DNA of 54,238 nucleotides from a virus (Duplodnaviria; Heunggongvirae; Uroviricota; Caudoviricetes): IMG/VR virus record IMGVR_UViG_2541047842_000005; one strand, 5' to 3'. Shown piece by piece: positions 25,412 to 32,760 of this stretch (position 1 is its first letter; each line of letters starts with the position of its first letter). The notes under the pieces were generated by a model. It saw only the letters and a program-made list of their open reading frames with translations, ran no database searches and was not told where the DNA came from. The position numbers and the translations under genes were made by a program.

Positions 25412-25584
25412 ACGAGATCGAAGATGGTATCTATTTGCATAAGGTATTTAACATCGTCTATTTACTTAAAGGTAATAAGGTGATGATAAGACCTGATGAC
25501 GATCCACATTGGGAATCAAGCGACATGGATCGGCGGCATATGCAAATGTTGCTTGATAACGGCCTGATATATAGAAAGCCGTAA
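25408..25584 (+). CDS. small hypothetical protein (58 aa)
   Basis: MNEIEDGIYLHKV...; not in the ORF track. Confidence 0.3.
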   Translation: MNEIEDGIYLHKVFNIVYLLKGNKVMIRPDDDPHWESSDMDRRHMQMLLDNGLIYRKP

Positions 25585-25591
25585 GCCGTAT

Positions 25592-25620
25592 TTGTAGGGC
25601 GTAAACAAACAGATTAAAAT
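25592..25620 (+). promoter_or_regulatory. late promoter candidate (PR-prime analogue)
   Basis: TTGTAG, 17-nt spacer, TAAAAT; about 70 nt upstream of the holin ATG and about 30 nt upstream of a terminator hairpin. Confidence 0.4.
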
Positions 25621-25648
25621 ATTTCCTAACAATGCGAAATTGTAATTA

Positions 25649-25673
25649 CCCGGCCCCGCGCCGGGTTTTTGCT
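25649..25673 (+). terminator. rho-independent terminator (tR-prime analogue) upstream of the lysis genes
   Basis: CCCGGC-CCCGC-GCCGGG hairpin followed by TTTTTGCTTTGTT. Confidence 0.5.
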
Positions 25674-25690
25674 TTGTTGGAGGAAAATCT

Positions 25691-25891
25691 ATGTTCGACA
25701 AAATACGGGAGGCGTGCGCGTATGTGACTGGGGCCGTAACTGCTTTTTTCGGCGCGATAACCATCAATGACATTGCCGTCTTTGTGGGTATCTTATCAAC
25801 CGTAGGCACATTTGCCGTTAACTATTACTTCAAATCACAGGAGAACAAGCGAGCGCAAGAGGAACACGACGCGCGAATGGGGAATAAGTAA
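25691..25891 (+). CDS. holin (small, two predicted TM helices)
   Basis: 66 aa; two hydrophobic helices and a charged C-terminus (KSQENKRAQEEHDARMGNK); immediately upstream of the endolysin. Confidence 0.75.
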   Translation: MFDKIREACAYVTGAVTAFFGAITINDIAVFVGILSTVGTFAVNYYFKSQENKRAQEEHDARMGNK

Positions 25892-26383
25892 ATGATTAGC
25901 CAATCGCTGAAAAACAAGATTATTGCTGCGGCGGCTGGCGGGGCGATCGCTATTGCGGCTGTGATGGTTAAACCATTAGAAGGCGTGGAGTACGATCCGT
26001 ATCGTGATGCTATCGGTGTATGGACTGTATGTTATGGTCACACCGGAAAAGACATTATGCTGGGTAAAACTTACACGCAATCAGAATGCGATGCTTTGTT
26101 AAACAAAGATCTCCACAAAACCGCAAAAGCGATTGACCCATATATTAAAGTCGAAATATCAGATTTTACCCGCGCGGCGCTTTATTCATTCGCCTATAAC
26201 GTAGGCGCTACCAACTTCAAAACATCAACATTATTGAAGCTACTCAATGACGGCAAGAAATCGGAGGCGTGCGCACAGCTTAAACGCTGGATATATGCTG
26301 GTGGTAAGCAGTGGCAAGGGTTAATTAACCGCCGTGATGTTGAATATGCCGTTTGCGAATGGGGTGAAACATGGACAAGGTGA
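25892..26383 (+). CDS. SAR endolysin (T4-lysozyme-like, GH24)
   Basis: 163 aa; N-terminal Gly/Ala-rich signal-anchor-release helix ([17 protein letters not shown]); catalytic E-x8-D-x5-T triad in [16 protein letters not shown]. Confidence 0.85.
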   Translation: MISQSLKNKIIAAAAGGAIAIAAVMVKPLEGVEYDPYRDAIGVWTVCYGHTGKDIMLGKTYTQSECDALLNKDLHKTAKAIDPYIKVEISDFTRAALYSFAYNVGATNFKTSTLLKLLNDGKKSEACAQLKRWIYAGGKQWQGLINRRDVEYAVCEWGETWTR

Positions 26384-26841
26384 AGACGTTAATCATCGCC
26401 GTTGTTGTTTGCATTATTGCCGGGCTTACCGCCGTAACGTGTTATTACCAGGGTGAGGCGGCAAGGTTACAGGAAGAAGTCACGGTAACGAAAGGCGCAC
26501 TGAAAACGGCAAGTAACACTATTCAGCAGATGAAGGAGCGAAACGCCGAACTGTCAAAACTTGATAAGAGGTATCACGATGAGATTAAAGCTATCAGATC
26601 TGACATTGCCGATCTGCGCACTGGCATTGATAACGGTACTATCCGGTTGCGCGTCAACGCAATACCCGTGCGAGTGTCCGACCCCGCCGCGACCGCCAGC
26701 CGCATTGATGGAGCCACCTGCGAGCTTGATGCCACTGCTAGACAATCTTATCTATCCCTCAGAGAACAACTAAAAGAGAAAGACGCACAGATCACTGGCC
26801 TACAGGACTACATCAAAACTCAGTGTTTACGCAAAGAATAG
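26371..26841 (+). CDS. i-spanin (Rz-like)
   Basis: 156 aa; N-terminal TM helix then coiled-coil periplasmic domain; contains the nested o-spanin ORF. Confidence 0.75.
   Translation: MDKVKTLIIAVVVCIIAGLTAVTCYYQGEAARLQEEVTVTKGALKTASNTIQQMKERNAELSKLDKRYHDEIKAIRSDIADLRTGIDNGTIRLRVNAIPVRVSDPAATASRIDGATCELDATARQSYLSLREQLKEKDAQITGLQDYIKTQCLRKE
26579..26773 (+). CDS. o-spanin (Rz1-like outer-membrane lipoprotein) nested in the +1 frame of the i-spanin gene
   Basis: 64 aa from ATG 26579 (SD AAGAGG); lipobox LSGC, proline-rich mature region; the track ORF starts at a TTG at 26561. Confidence 0.7.
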   Translation: MRLKLSDLTLPICALALITVLSGCASTQYPCECPTPPRPPAALMEPPASLMPLLDNLIYPSENN

Positions 26842-27120
26842 CAGCGCGTGGACGTGTCGCCGTTTCTGTCAGCCAGCCATAACCGGGCCAATCCTTCCCG
26901 CGAGCGACGGCGGAATAGTCAAAAACACGTAATACCGGATCAACAGTCCCATTAACAGGTCAGGCGCTACCTGGGTAGAAGAAAGCGCCATTCACCAATT
27001 TTATAAAATTCTGGAAACGGTACTGATGAAGCGCCGTTTTCAGTGTTTTATAACTGTTTTCACTCCCTGCGGTGTCGAGTTTTGCGGGGGTTATATTTTT
27101 CAGAATAGGAGATTATTCTG

Positions 27121-27663
27121 ATGGCTAAGGCTAAAGGCATTAAATTGCCTCAATTTAAGATCCCACTCTTTGAGCATACAACCGTTTTCTTTTGCCCGAC
27201 CCGCGAGATGTTCTATGAATTTTGCGAAAAGGCAGGAATTCCGATTGAACCTGATTTCGAGTTGGCTGGAGGATTAACGCTTACTTGCACTGGCGAGAAT
27301 GGTGGTAACTTCTACGTGATCGCAGTATTCAACAATGAGTTGGGAACGCTGGTCCATGAATGCGCCCACACTACATTCCACGTTTTAAGTGATGTAGGCG
27401 TCGTGGCTACCACGGATCCTACCCATCCGGCGAATGAGACTTACGCTTACATGGTAGGCCGTATCTTCGATGCGTTTTTCCCTATCCTAGCAGAATCAAA
27501 CGAAGCACAGGTTGCAGCAATGCAGGCGGCAGAAGTCGTCGATCAGGCGCTGGAACAGGCAGAACAGCCGAAGGAAGAAGAAAAGCCAGCGAAGAAAGGT
27601 AAACGTAAGCCGAAAGCAAAAGAAGCGCTTGTACCGCGTGTTATGAGTTTTAAACGAGGCTGA
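27121..27663 (+). CDS. hypothetical protein with HExxH zinc-metallopeptidase-like motif and Lys-rich C-terminus
   Basis: 180 aa; LVHECAHTTFH; C-terminal KEEEKPAKKGKRKPKAKE; SD AGGAG upstream. Confidence 0.45.
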   Translation: MAKAKGIKLPQFKIPLFEHTTVFFCPTREMFYEFCEKAGIPIEPDFELAGGLTLTCTGENGGNFYVIAVFNNELGTLVHECAHTTFHVLSDVGVVATTDPTHPANETYAYMVGRIFDAFFPILAESNEAQVAAMQAAEVVDQALEQAEQPKEEEKPAKKGKRKPKAKEALVPRVMSFKRG

Positions 27664-27665
27664 TT

Positions 27666-27755
27666 ATGATTGCGTCAATACTAACTTTCGTCGGCGGGAT
27701 GGCGGCTGGATTCATCCTTTGCCTGTTTCTGGTAGTTATGTCTATGCGAGACTGA
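27666..27755 (+). CDS. micro-ORF 1 of tandem hydrophobic-peptide array (29 aa)
   Basis: MIASILTFVGGMAAGFILCLFLVVMSMRD; SD GAGG upstream. Confidence 0.3.
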   Translation: MIASILTFVGGMAAGFILCLFLVVMSMRD

Positions 27756-27757
27756 TT

Positions 27758-27820
27758 ATGGACGCTTATTTATTTATCGGAATGGCGGCGGCTGTAATAT
27801 TGTTTTTGTTGTGGAAGTAA
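27758..27820 (+). CDS. micro-ORF 2 (20 aa)
   Basis: MDAYLFIGMAAAVILFLLWK; shares the junction TGATTATGGACGCTTA with unit 3. Confidence 0.3.
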   Translation: MDAYLFIGMAAAVILFLLWK

Positions 27821-27825
27821 TGATT

Positions 27826-27930
27826 ATGGACGCTTACATCATTGCCGGATTAATCGGCGTTTCTGTGTTTCTTGCTGGTTCTATTATAGTTGCGCTGATA
27901 AACGTATATATCAAGTATTTGGTGGGGTGA
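27826..27930 (+). CDS. micro-ORF 3 (34 aa)
   Basis: MDAYIIAGLIGVSVFLAGSIIVALINVYIKYLVG; SD GGAAG upstream. Confidence 0.3.
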   Translation: MDAYIIAGLIGVSVFLAGSIIVALINVYIKYLVG

Positions 27931-27935
27931 AAAAT

Positions 27936-28010
27936 ATGATTGACCCGCTAATTATCCTTTCTGCCTGCGTCGCTGTATGGCTGGCGATCATGATATTCAT
28001 TGAAAGCTGA
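27936..28010 (+). CDS. micro-ORF 4 (24 aa)
   Basis: MIDPLIILSACVAVWLAIMIFIES; SD GGGGTG upstream. Confidence 0.3.
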   Translation: MIDPLIILSACVAVWLAIMIFIES

Positions 28011-28021
28011 AGGTATCCACA

Positions 28022-28102
28022 ATGAACGCATACGAAATGCTATTGCTGGTGGCTGTTATTACAGTTATTGCCGTAGATGTTTATCGGGAGTTTAAAAAAT
28101 GA
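28022..28102 (+). CDS. micro-ORF 5 (26 aa)
   Basis: MNAYEMLLLVAVITVIAVDVYREFKK; SD GAAGG upstream. Confidence 0.3.
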   Translation: MNAYEMLLLVAVITVIAVDVYREFKK

Positions 28103-28167
28103 AATGGCTTGATTTCTTTTTCCTGATCGTTGCGATTGTTCTCACTATGACCGCGCTTGCTCAATAG
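28099..28167 (+). CDS. micro-ORF 6 (22 aa)
   Basis: MKWLDFFFLIVAIVLTMTALAQ; ATGA overlap; SD GGGAG upstream. Confidence 0.3.
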   Translation: MKWLDFFFLIVAIVLTMTALAQ

Positions 28168-28175
28168 GTGAAAGC

Positions 28176-28250
28176 ATGAACGCTATTGATATTATGTTGA
28201 TCGTGTGTACCGTTGCATTAGTTATTATTGGGGTGATTATCAATGTCTGA
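28176..28250 (+). CDS. micro-ORF 7 (24 aa)
   Basis: MNAIDIMLIVCTVALVIIGVIINV; SD AGGTG upstream. Confidence 0.3.
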   Translation: MNAIDIMLIVCTVALVIIGVIINV

Positions 28251-28311
28251 TGGTGATTTCTTAATCATGGCTATATGCACGCTGTTAACTGTTATTGTTT
28301 TCTTCGCGTAA
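28243..28311 (+). CDS. micro-ORF 8 (22 aa)
   Basis: MSDGDFLIMAICTLLTVIVFFA; overlaps unit 7 by 8 nt in another frame; SD GGGGTG upstream. Confidence 0.25.
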   Translation: MSDGDFLIMAICTLLTVIVFFA

Positions 28312-28320
28312 AGGTAAACA

Positions 28321-28404
28321 ATGAAAGAATTATTCGATTGGTTGGAAGTATTAACATACTGTGCAAGTTTTGTTGCTTGCGTATATATCATCAATAAATA
28401 TTGA
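28321..28404 (+). CDS. micro-ORF 9 (27 aa)
   Basis: MKELFDWLEVLTYCASFVACVYIINKY; SD AAAGG upstream. Confidence 0.3.
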   Translation: MKELFDWLEVLTYCASFVACVYIINKY

Positions 28405-28414
28405 GAGGTGAATT

Positions 28415-28930
28415 ATGGCCCGCACTAAAAAGGCAAAAGCTGACGACAAAAAGCCAGCCGCAAAAAGGGTGGGCCGTCCGCATGGTTATACCGAAGAAAA
28501 GGCGTTAGAAATCTGTGAACTGGTGGCGGACGGTCAGAGCGTTAACAAAATTTCGAAGATGCCTGGTATGCCTACCCGTTCAACAATCCTGAAATGGTTT
28601 AGAGACGTGCCGGAATTCTCGGACATGTACATGCGCGCGAAGGAAATCGGCTTCGAGGTATTAGCTGATGAGATCCTCGATATAGCTGATGATGCTAAGA
28701 ACGTTGATAAAGACCAACTACGCCGCCACCAATTAATGATTGAAACGCGTAAATGGTTATTGGCTAAGCTACAACCGCGCAAATACGGCGAACGCGTCAC
28801 ACAGGAGATCGTCGGTAACAAGGAAGAAGCACCCGTCCAGGTAGAAGTAAATCAGACTACTGTCCTTGAGATAATCGATAACCTGAATAAGGAGTACAAT
28901 ACTCATGGAGACTGCGACGACAAAGATTGA
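28415..28930 (+). CDS. terminase small subunit
   Basis: 171 aa; N-terminal basic/HTH region (ICELVADGQSVNKISKMPGMPTRSTILKW); immediately upstream of and overlapping the large subunit gene. Confidence 0.7.
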   Translation: MARTKKAKADDKKPAAKRVGRPHGYTEEKALEICELVADGQSVNKISKMPGMPTRSTILKWFRDVPEFSDMYMRAKEIGFEVLADEILDIADDAKNVDKDQLRRHQLMIETRKWLLAKLQPRKYGERVTQEIVGNKEEAPVQVEVNQTTVLEIIDNLNKEYNTHGDCDDKD

Positions 28931-30419
28931 CAGAGAGGTTCTAAGGGGGTTGTGTGTTAAAGGTTGTGCTCCCAAAGACATATCAGCACCTTTGTTTTTT
29001 AGTTCCTACTTTTATAAGCAACAGGTTGGCAAGGACTTTTTGGTTGGGCGTCATCACAGAATAATTGCCGATACGCTACAACGAGTTATTAATGGTGAAA
29101 TCACCAGGTTGATAATCAACATCCCACCGGGCTATGGCAAAACAATGATTGCCACAATTCACATGATGGCCCGCTGCCTCGCAATAGAACCCCGCACCAG
29201 ATTCCTGCATGTATCGTATTCACACGGACTCGCCTTGCTTAATTCCTCAGAGACAAGAAACATAATCACGATGCCGCAATATCAGGAATTGTGGCCTAGG
29301 CAAATGCGCAACGATTCGAACGCGAAAAACCTGTGGTGGACCACTCAGGGTGGCGGCGTGTATGCGACGTCATCGCTTGGACAGGTGACAGGGTTCCGCG
29401 CCGGGTACATGGAACCTGGGTTTAACGGCGCAATGATTATTGATGACCCCCTGAAACCAGCTGACGCTTATTCTGATGTGGTGCGAAAGCAGGTTAATAC
29501 CAATTACAACGACACGCTTTCTTCGCGCCTGGCTGTGCAAACAACGCCAGTGATCGTCATCATGCAGCGTATCCACTACGATGATTTATCCGGCTACCTG
29601 TTACGTGGCGGTAGTGGTGAGAAATGGCATCACCTTTGCCTGCCAGTGAAGATCGACAACAGTCTTGACTATTGGGATCTGTACCCGGAAAACAAATTCG
29701 CTATTCCTGTTCCTCACAACCTGCCGGATGGCTGGCTATGGTTGCATAAGCATAGTGATAAAGATGAATCAACTCTTAAATCACATCGCCGAACATTCGA
29801 AGCTCAATATATGCAGTGTCCGCGCAAGTTCGATCAAGAGGGCGCATTGTGGACTGAAGCGATGATAACCGCCGCGCACAGGATGCAGATAACGCAGGAG
29901 AAAATTCGCACGGTGATAGCCATCGACCCGGCGACAACATCATCTGATGAGTCAGACGAAACAGGGATTGTAGCCTGTTCCGCTTATGGTGGTGGCAAGA
30001 ATGCTCAGTATTCAGTAGACGGTGACTACTCAGGACGCATGTCACCTAATGACTGGGCGCAAGCAGCAATGAACGCCTACAACATCCATGAAGCTGACGC
30101 GATGGTTATCGAAACCAACCAGGGTGGTGATATGGCAGAGGCCACGCTACGTAACGCCGGATTCAAAGGCCGCATTGTTAAGGTGCACGCAAGCAAGGGT
30201 AAATTCGCCCGCGCCGAGCCAATATCGGCACTGTATGCACAAGGAAGGGTAGCCCACACTGGCAGCCTGTACACGCTGGAAAATCAAATGATGGAATATG
30301 TGCCAGCTACCGCTAAAAAATCACCTGACCGCCTCGACGCTATGGTGTGGGGTATCACTGAATTAAGCCAGCCACAGGCAATGGGCCTTATGTTACCTAA
30401 GCGCCTGCGCGGATTTTAA
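28905..30419 (+). CDS. terminase large subunit
   Basis: 504 aa; Walker A-like PPGYGKTM in the N-terminal ATPase domain; C-terminal nuclease-like domain with conserved acidic residues (AIDPATTSSDESDETG). Confidence 0.85.
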   Translation: METATTKIDREVLRGLCVKGCAPKDISAPLFFSSYFYKQQVGKDFLVGRHHRIIADTLQRVINGEITRLIINIPPGYGKTMIATIHMMARCLAIEPRTRFLHVSYSHGLALLNSSETRNIITMPQYQELWPRQMRNDSNAKNLWWTTQGGGVYATSSLGQVTGFRAGYMEPGFNGAMIIDDPLKPADAYSDVVRKQVNTNYNDTLSSRLAVQTTPVIVIMQRIHYDDLSGYLLRGGSGEKWHHLCLPVKIDNSLDYWDLYPENKFAIPVPHNLPDGWLWLHKHSDKDESTLKSHRRTFEAQYMQCPRKFDQEGALWTEAMITAAHRMQITQEKIRTVIAIDPATTSSDESDETGIVACSAYGGGKNAQYSVDGDYSGRMSPNDWAQAAMNAYNIHEADAMVIETNQGGDMAEATLRNAGFKGRIVKVHASKGKFARAEPISALYAQGRVAHTGSLYTLENQMMEYVPATAKKSPDRLDAMVWGITELSQPQAMGLMLPKRLRGF

Positions 30420-30454
30420 AAACCATCCCACAAATCCCCCGCAAGTTTTTCTAT

Positions 30455-30476
30455 TTTTCGCGTAGAAGCGCGTAAA
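30455..30476 (+). repeat. 22-bp element TTTTCGCGTAGAAGCGCGTAAA (copy 1)
   Basis: Exact 22-mer also at 43176-43197; both copies sit 22-32 nt upstream of plus-strand structural gene starts. Confidence 0.6.
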
Positions 30477-30498
30477 CATGTATTCAGGAGTAAACATT

Positions 30499-31869
30499 AT
30501 GCCATCCAATTTAGAATTGGCGGTTAATGCTGCCTTGTCTCAACGCCAGGCGGCCTTTGCCCGCTATGCAGCCGCTAACCCATTCTCAATGGGTATTGAT
30601 GCAAAACGTGATGCTGCGTGGAGTGAATACGGATTCAAAGAAGAAATCACCTATGCCGATTTATACAAACTGTATCGTCGCGGTGGTATCGCTCACGGTG
30701 CTATTGAGAAGATCATTACTACGTGCTGGCGCACCAGGCCAACGCTGATTGAAGGTACGGAAGACGAGAAAGCGGAAAAGGAAACTTCGTGGGAAAGAGA
30801 AATCAAAAAACGATTCGACAATAGATTCTGGCGCGTAATTGCTGAATGCGATCGCCGCCGCCTCATCGGTCGTTATGCTGGACTGTTAATTCACGTCAGG
30901 GATAACAAGCCGTGGGATCAGCCAGTAACAAAAGGCGTAGGCATTGCCAAATTTACCCCCGTATGGGCTGGTGCTCTTACACCGAAGGACTTCGAAGAAA
31001 ACCCGGATAAAGAAAACTATGGCCTGCCTACATGGTGGGAATACAAGGAGCGCATTAACAGTAAGACCATAGCAAGAAAGATACATCCAGATCGCATATT
31101 TATCTTCGGTGATTATTCTGATGATGCCATCGCTTTCCTTGAACCGTCCTATAACGCATTCGTTTCACTGGAGAAAGTGGAAGGCGGCAGCGGTGAATCA
31201 TTCCTGAAAAACGCAGCACGTCAACTAGCTATCTCGTTCGATAAAGAAATTGATTTCCGTTCTCTGGCTGCAACATACGGTTGCGACGTTACAGAGCTAC
31301 GCGAAAAATTCAATGAAGCGGCAGAGGATATAAATAAAGGTAATGATGTGATGATGGCATTACAGGGAGCTACCGTTAGCCCGCTGGTTACTGCCGTAGC
31401 AGATCCTTCCGCTACCTATGACGTCAACCTGCAAACCGCAGCCGCTGGTATCGATATTCCAACGCGTATCCTGGTTGGGAATCAGCAGGGCGAACGCGCA
31501 TCAACCGAAGACCTCCGCTACTTCAATAACCGCTGCATGACCCGCCGTGAGGAAATAGGAGGTGAGCTTGAGGAGCTATTCCGCAAGATGGCAGATCTCC
31601 GCCTTATCAGTATGCCAGTAGACGTATCTGTACTGTGGGACGACCTTAACGCCATGACAAAAGCAGAGCTACTCGACGCGGCATACAAAATGGCACAAAT
31701 CAATCAGGCATGTCTCGCTACTGGTGAGGAAATATTCAGCGGTGACGAGATCCGCGAAGCTGCCGGATACGATGGCCCGGCTAGTGAGGTAGAACTGGAA
31801 GAGGAAAACGATGATGAATGTGAAGAAGATAATCAGGCGAATACCTCCAGCCGCGATAATGCCATCTAA
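30499..31869 (+). CDS. portal protein (putative)
   Basis: About 456 aa from ATG 30499 (SD AGGAG); canonical position after the large terminase; acidic C-terminus; track start 30478. Confidence 0.6.
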   Translation: MPSNLELAVNAALSQRQAAFARYAAANPFSMGIDAKRDAAWSEYGFKEEITYADLYKLYRRGGIAHGAIEKIITTCWRTRPTLIEGTEDEKAEKETSWEREIKKRFDNRFWRVIAECDRRRLIGRYAGLLIHVRDNKPWDQPVTKGVGIAKFTPVWAGALTPKDFEENPDKENYGLPTWWEYKERINSKTIARKIHPDRIFIFGDYSDDAIAFLEPSYNAFVSLEKVEGGSGESFLKNAARQLAISFDKEIDFRSLAATYGCDVTELREKFNEAAEDINKGNDVMMALQGATVSPLVTAVADPSATYDVNLQTAAAGIDIPTRILVGNQQGERASTEDLRYFNNRCMTRREEIGGELEELFRKMADLRLISMPVDVSVLWDDLNAMTKAELLDAAYKMAQINQACLATGEEIFSGDEIREAAGYDGPASEVELEEENDDECEEDNQANTSSRDNAI

Positions 31870-32755
31870 CACCGAAGACCCGACCATGACAGGGAAGTTA
31901 AGGTCTGGTGCTATTAAGCGTTTCAAATCCTGCCTGAAAAAAGTAGCCGATCCATATATCGCCATATTGGACAGAATCCAATATAGCCTGGCTGTTAATA
32001 AGAAATACACCTTTCAGATTTACATGGATGAATTTCACGACATGCTGGAGGACGCAAGCGACATGATTGATGAGATATTCGAGTTAACAGACACGGAAAA
32101 CTTCTGGTTCTGGCAGAATTACGTGAAGGTGGCCTATCAGCGCGGCACGGCACAGGAATATGCCAACCTCGCTAACCAGTCTGTCACGTACTCAAGCGCC
32201 TACCCTGATGTATCTGCCGTGTTATCAAGCACAACTTACCGCACCCGCCTTGCCCTGGTACGTACCCGTGTATTTGAGGAAATGCGCGGGCTGACCGCAC
32301 AGATCAAAAAGGATATGGCAAGAAGATTAACCGAAGGTATGGCACGCGGTTTAAATCCACTGGAAATAGCGCGCACATTGAATCAGGAGACGCGGTTACC
32401 GCTATACAGGTGCAAACGTATTGCCCGAACTGAAATATGCACAGCGTTACGCACAGCGCGTATGGATGAGGCAGAAGCGGCGACAGAAGAATTTAATCTG
32501 CGCACTATGCAAATGCACATTTCGGCATTATCACCGACTACCAGGCTATCGCACGCGCAGCGGCACGGTAAAACATACACCATAGATGAGCAGCGCGAAT
32601 GGTGGAGTAGATCCCCTAATTCAATTAACTGCAAATGTAGCACGATTACCGTATTAGTTGACGAAGACGGTAACATATTAAACGAACGAATATTAGATCG
32701 GGCGCAAGAAAACTATAAAGTTGCGCACGCTAAATATGGCGAAGATTGGGAGTAA
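31811..32755 (+). CDS. head morphogenesis protein (Mu F / SPP1 gp7-like)
   Basis: 314 aa; position after the portal and composition typical of the MuF-like minor head protein family; start overlaps the portal gene. Confidence 0.6.
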   Translation: MMNVKKIIRRIPPAAIMPSNTEDPTMTGKLRSGAIKRFKSCLKKVADPYIAILDRIQYSLAVNKKYTFQIYMDEFHDMLEDASDMIDEIFELTDTENFWFWQNYVKVAYQRGTAQEYANLANQSVTYSSAYPDVSAVLSSTTYRTRLALVRTRVFEEMRGLTAQIKKDMARRLTEGMARGLNPLEIARTLNQETRLPLYRCKRIARTEICTALRTARMDEAEAATEEFNLRTMQMHISALSPTTRLSHAQRHGKTYTIDEQREWWSRSPNSINCKCSTITVLVDEDGNILNERILDRAQENYKVAHAKYGEDWE

Positions 32756-32760
32756 AAACC

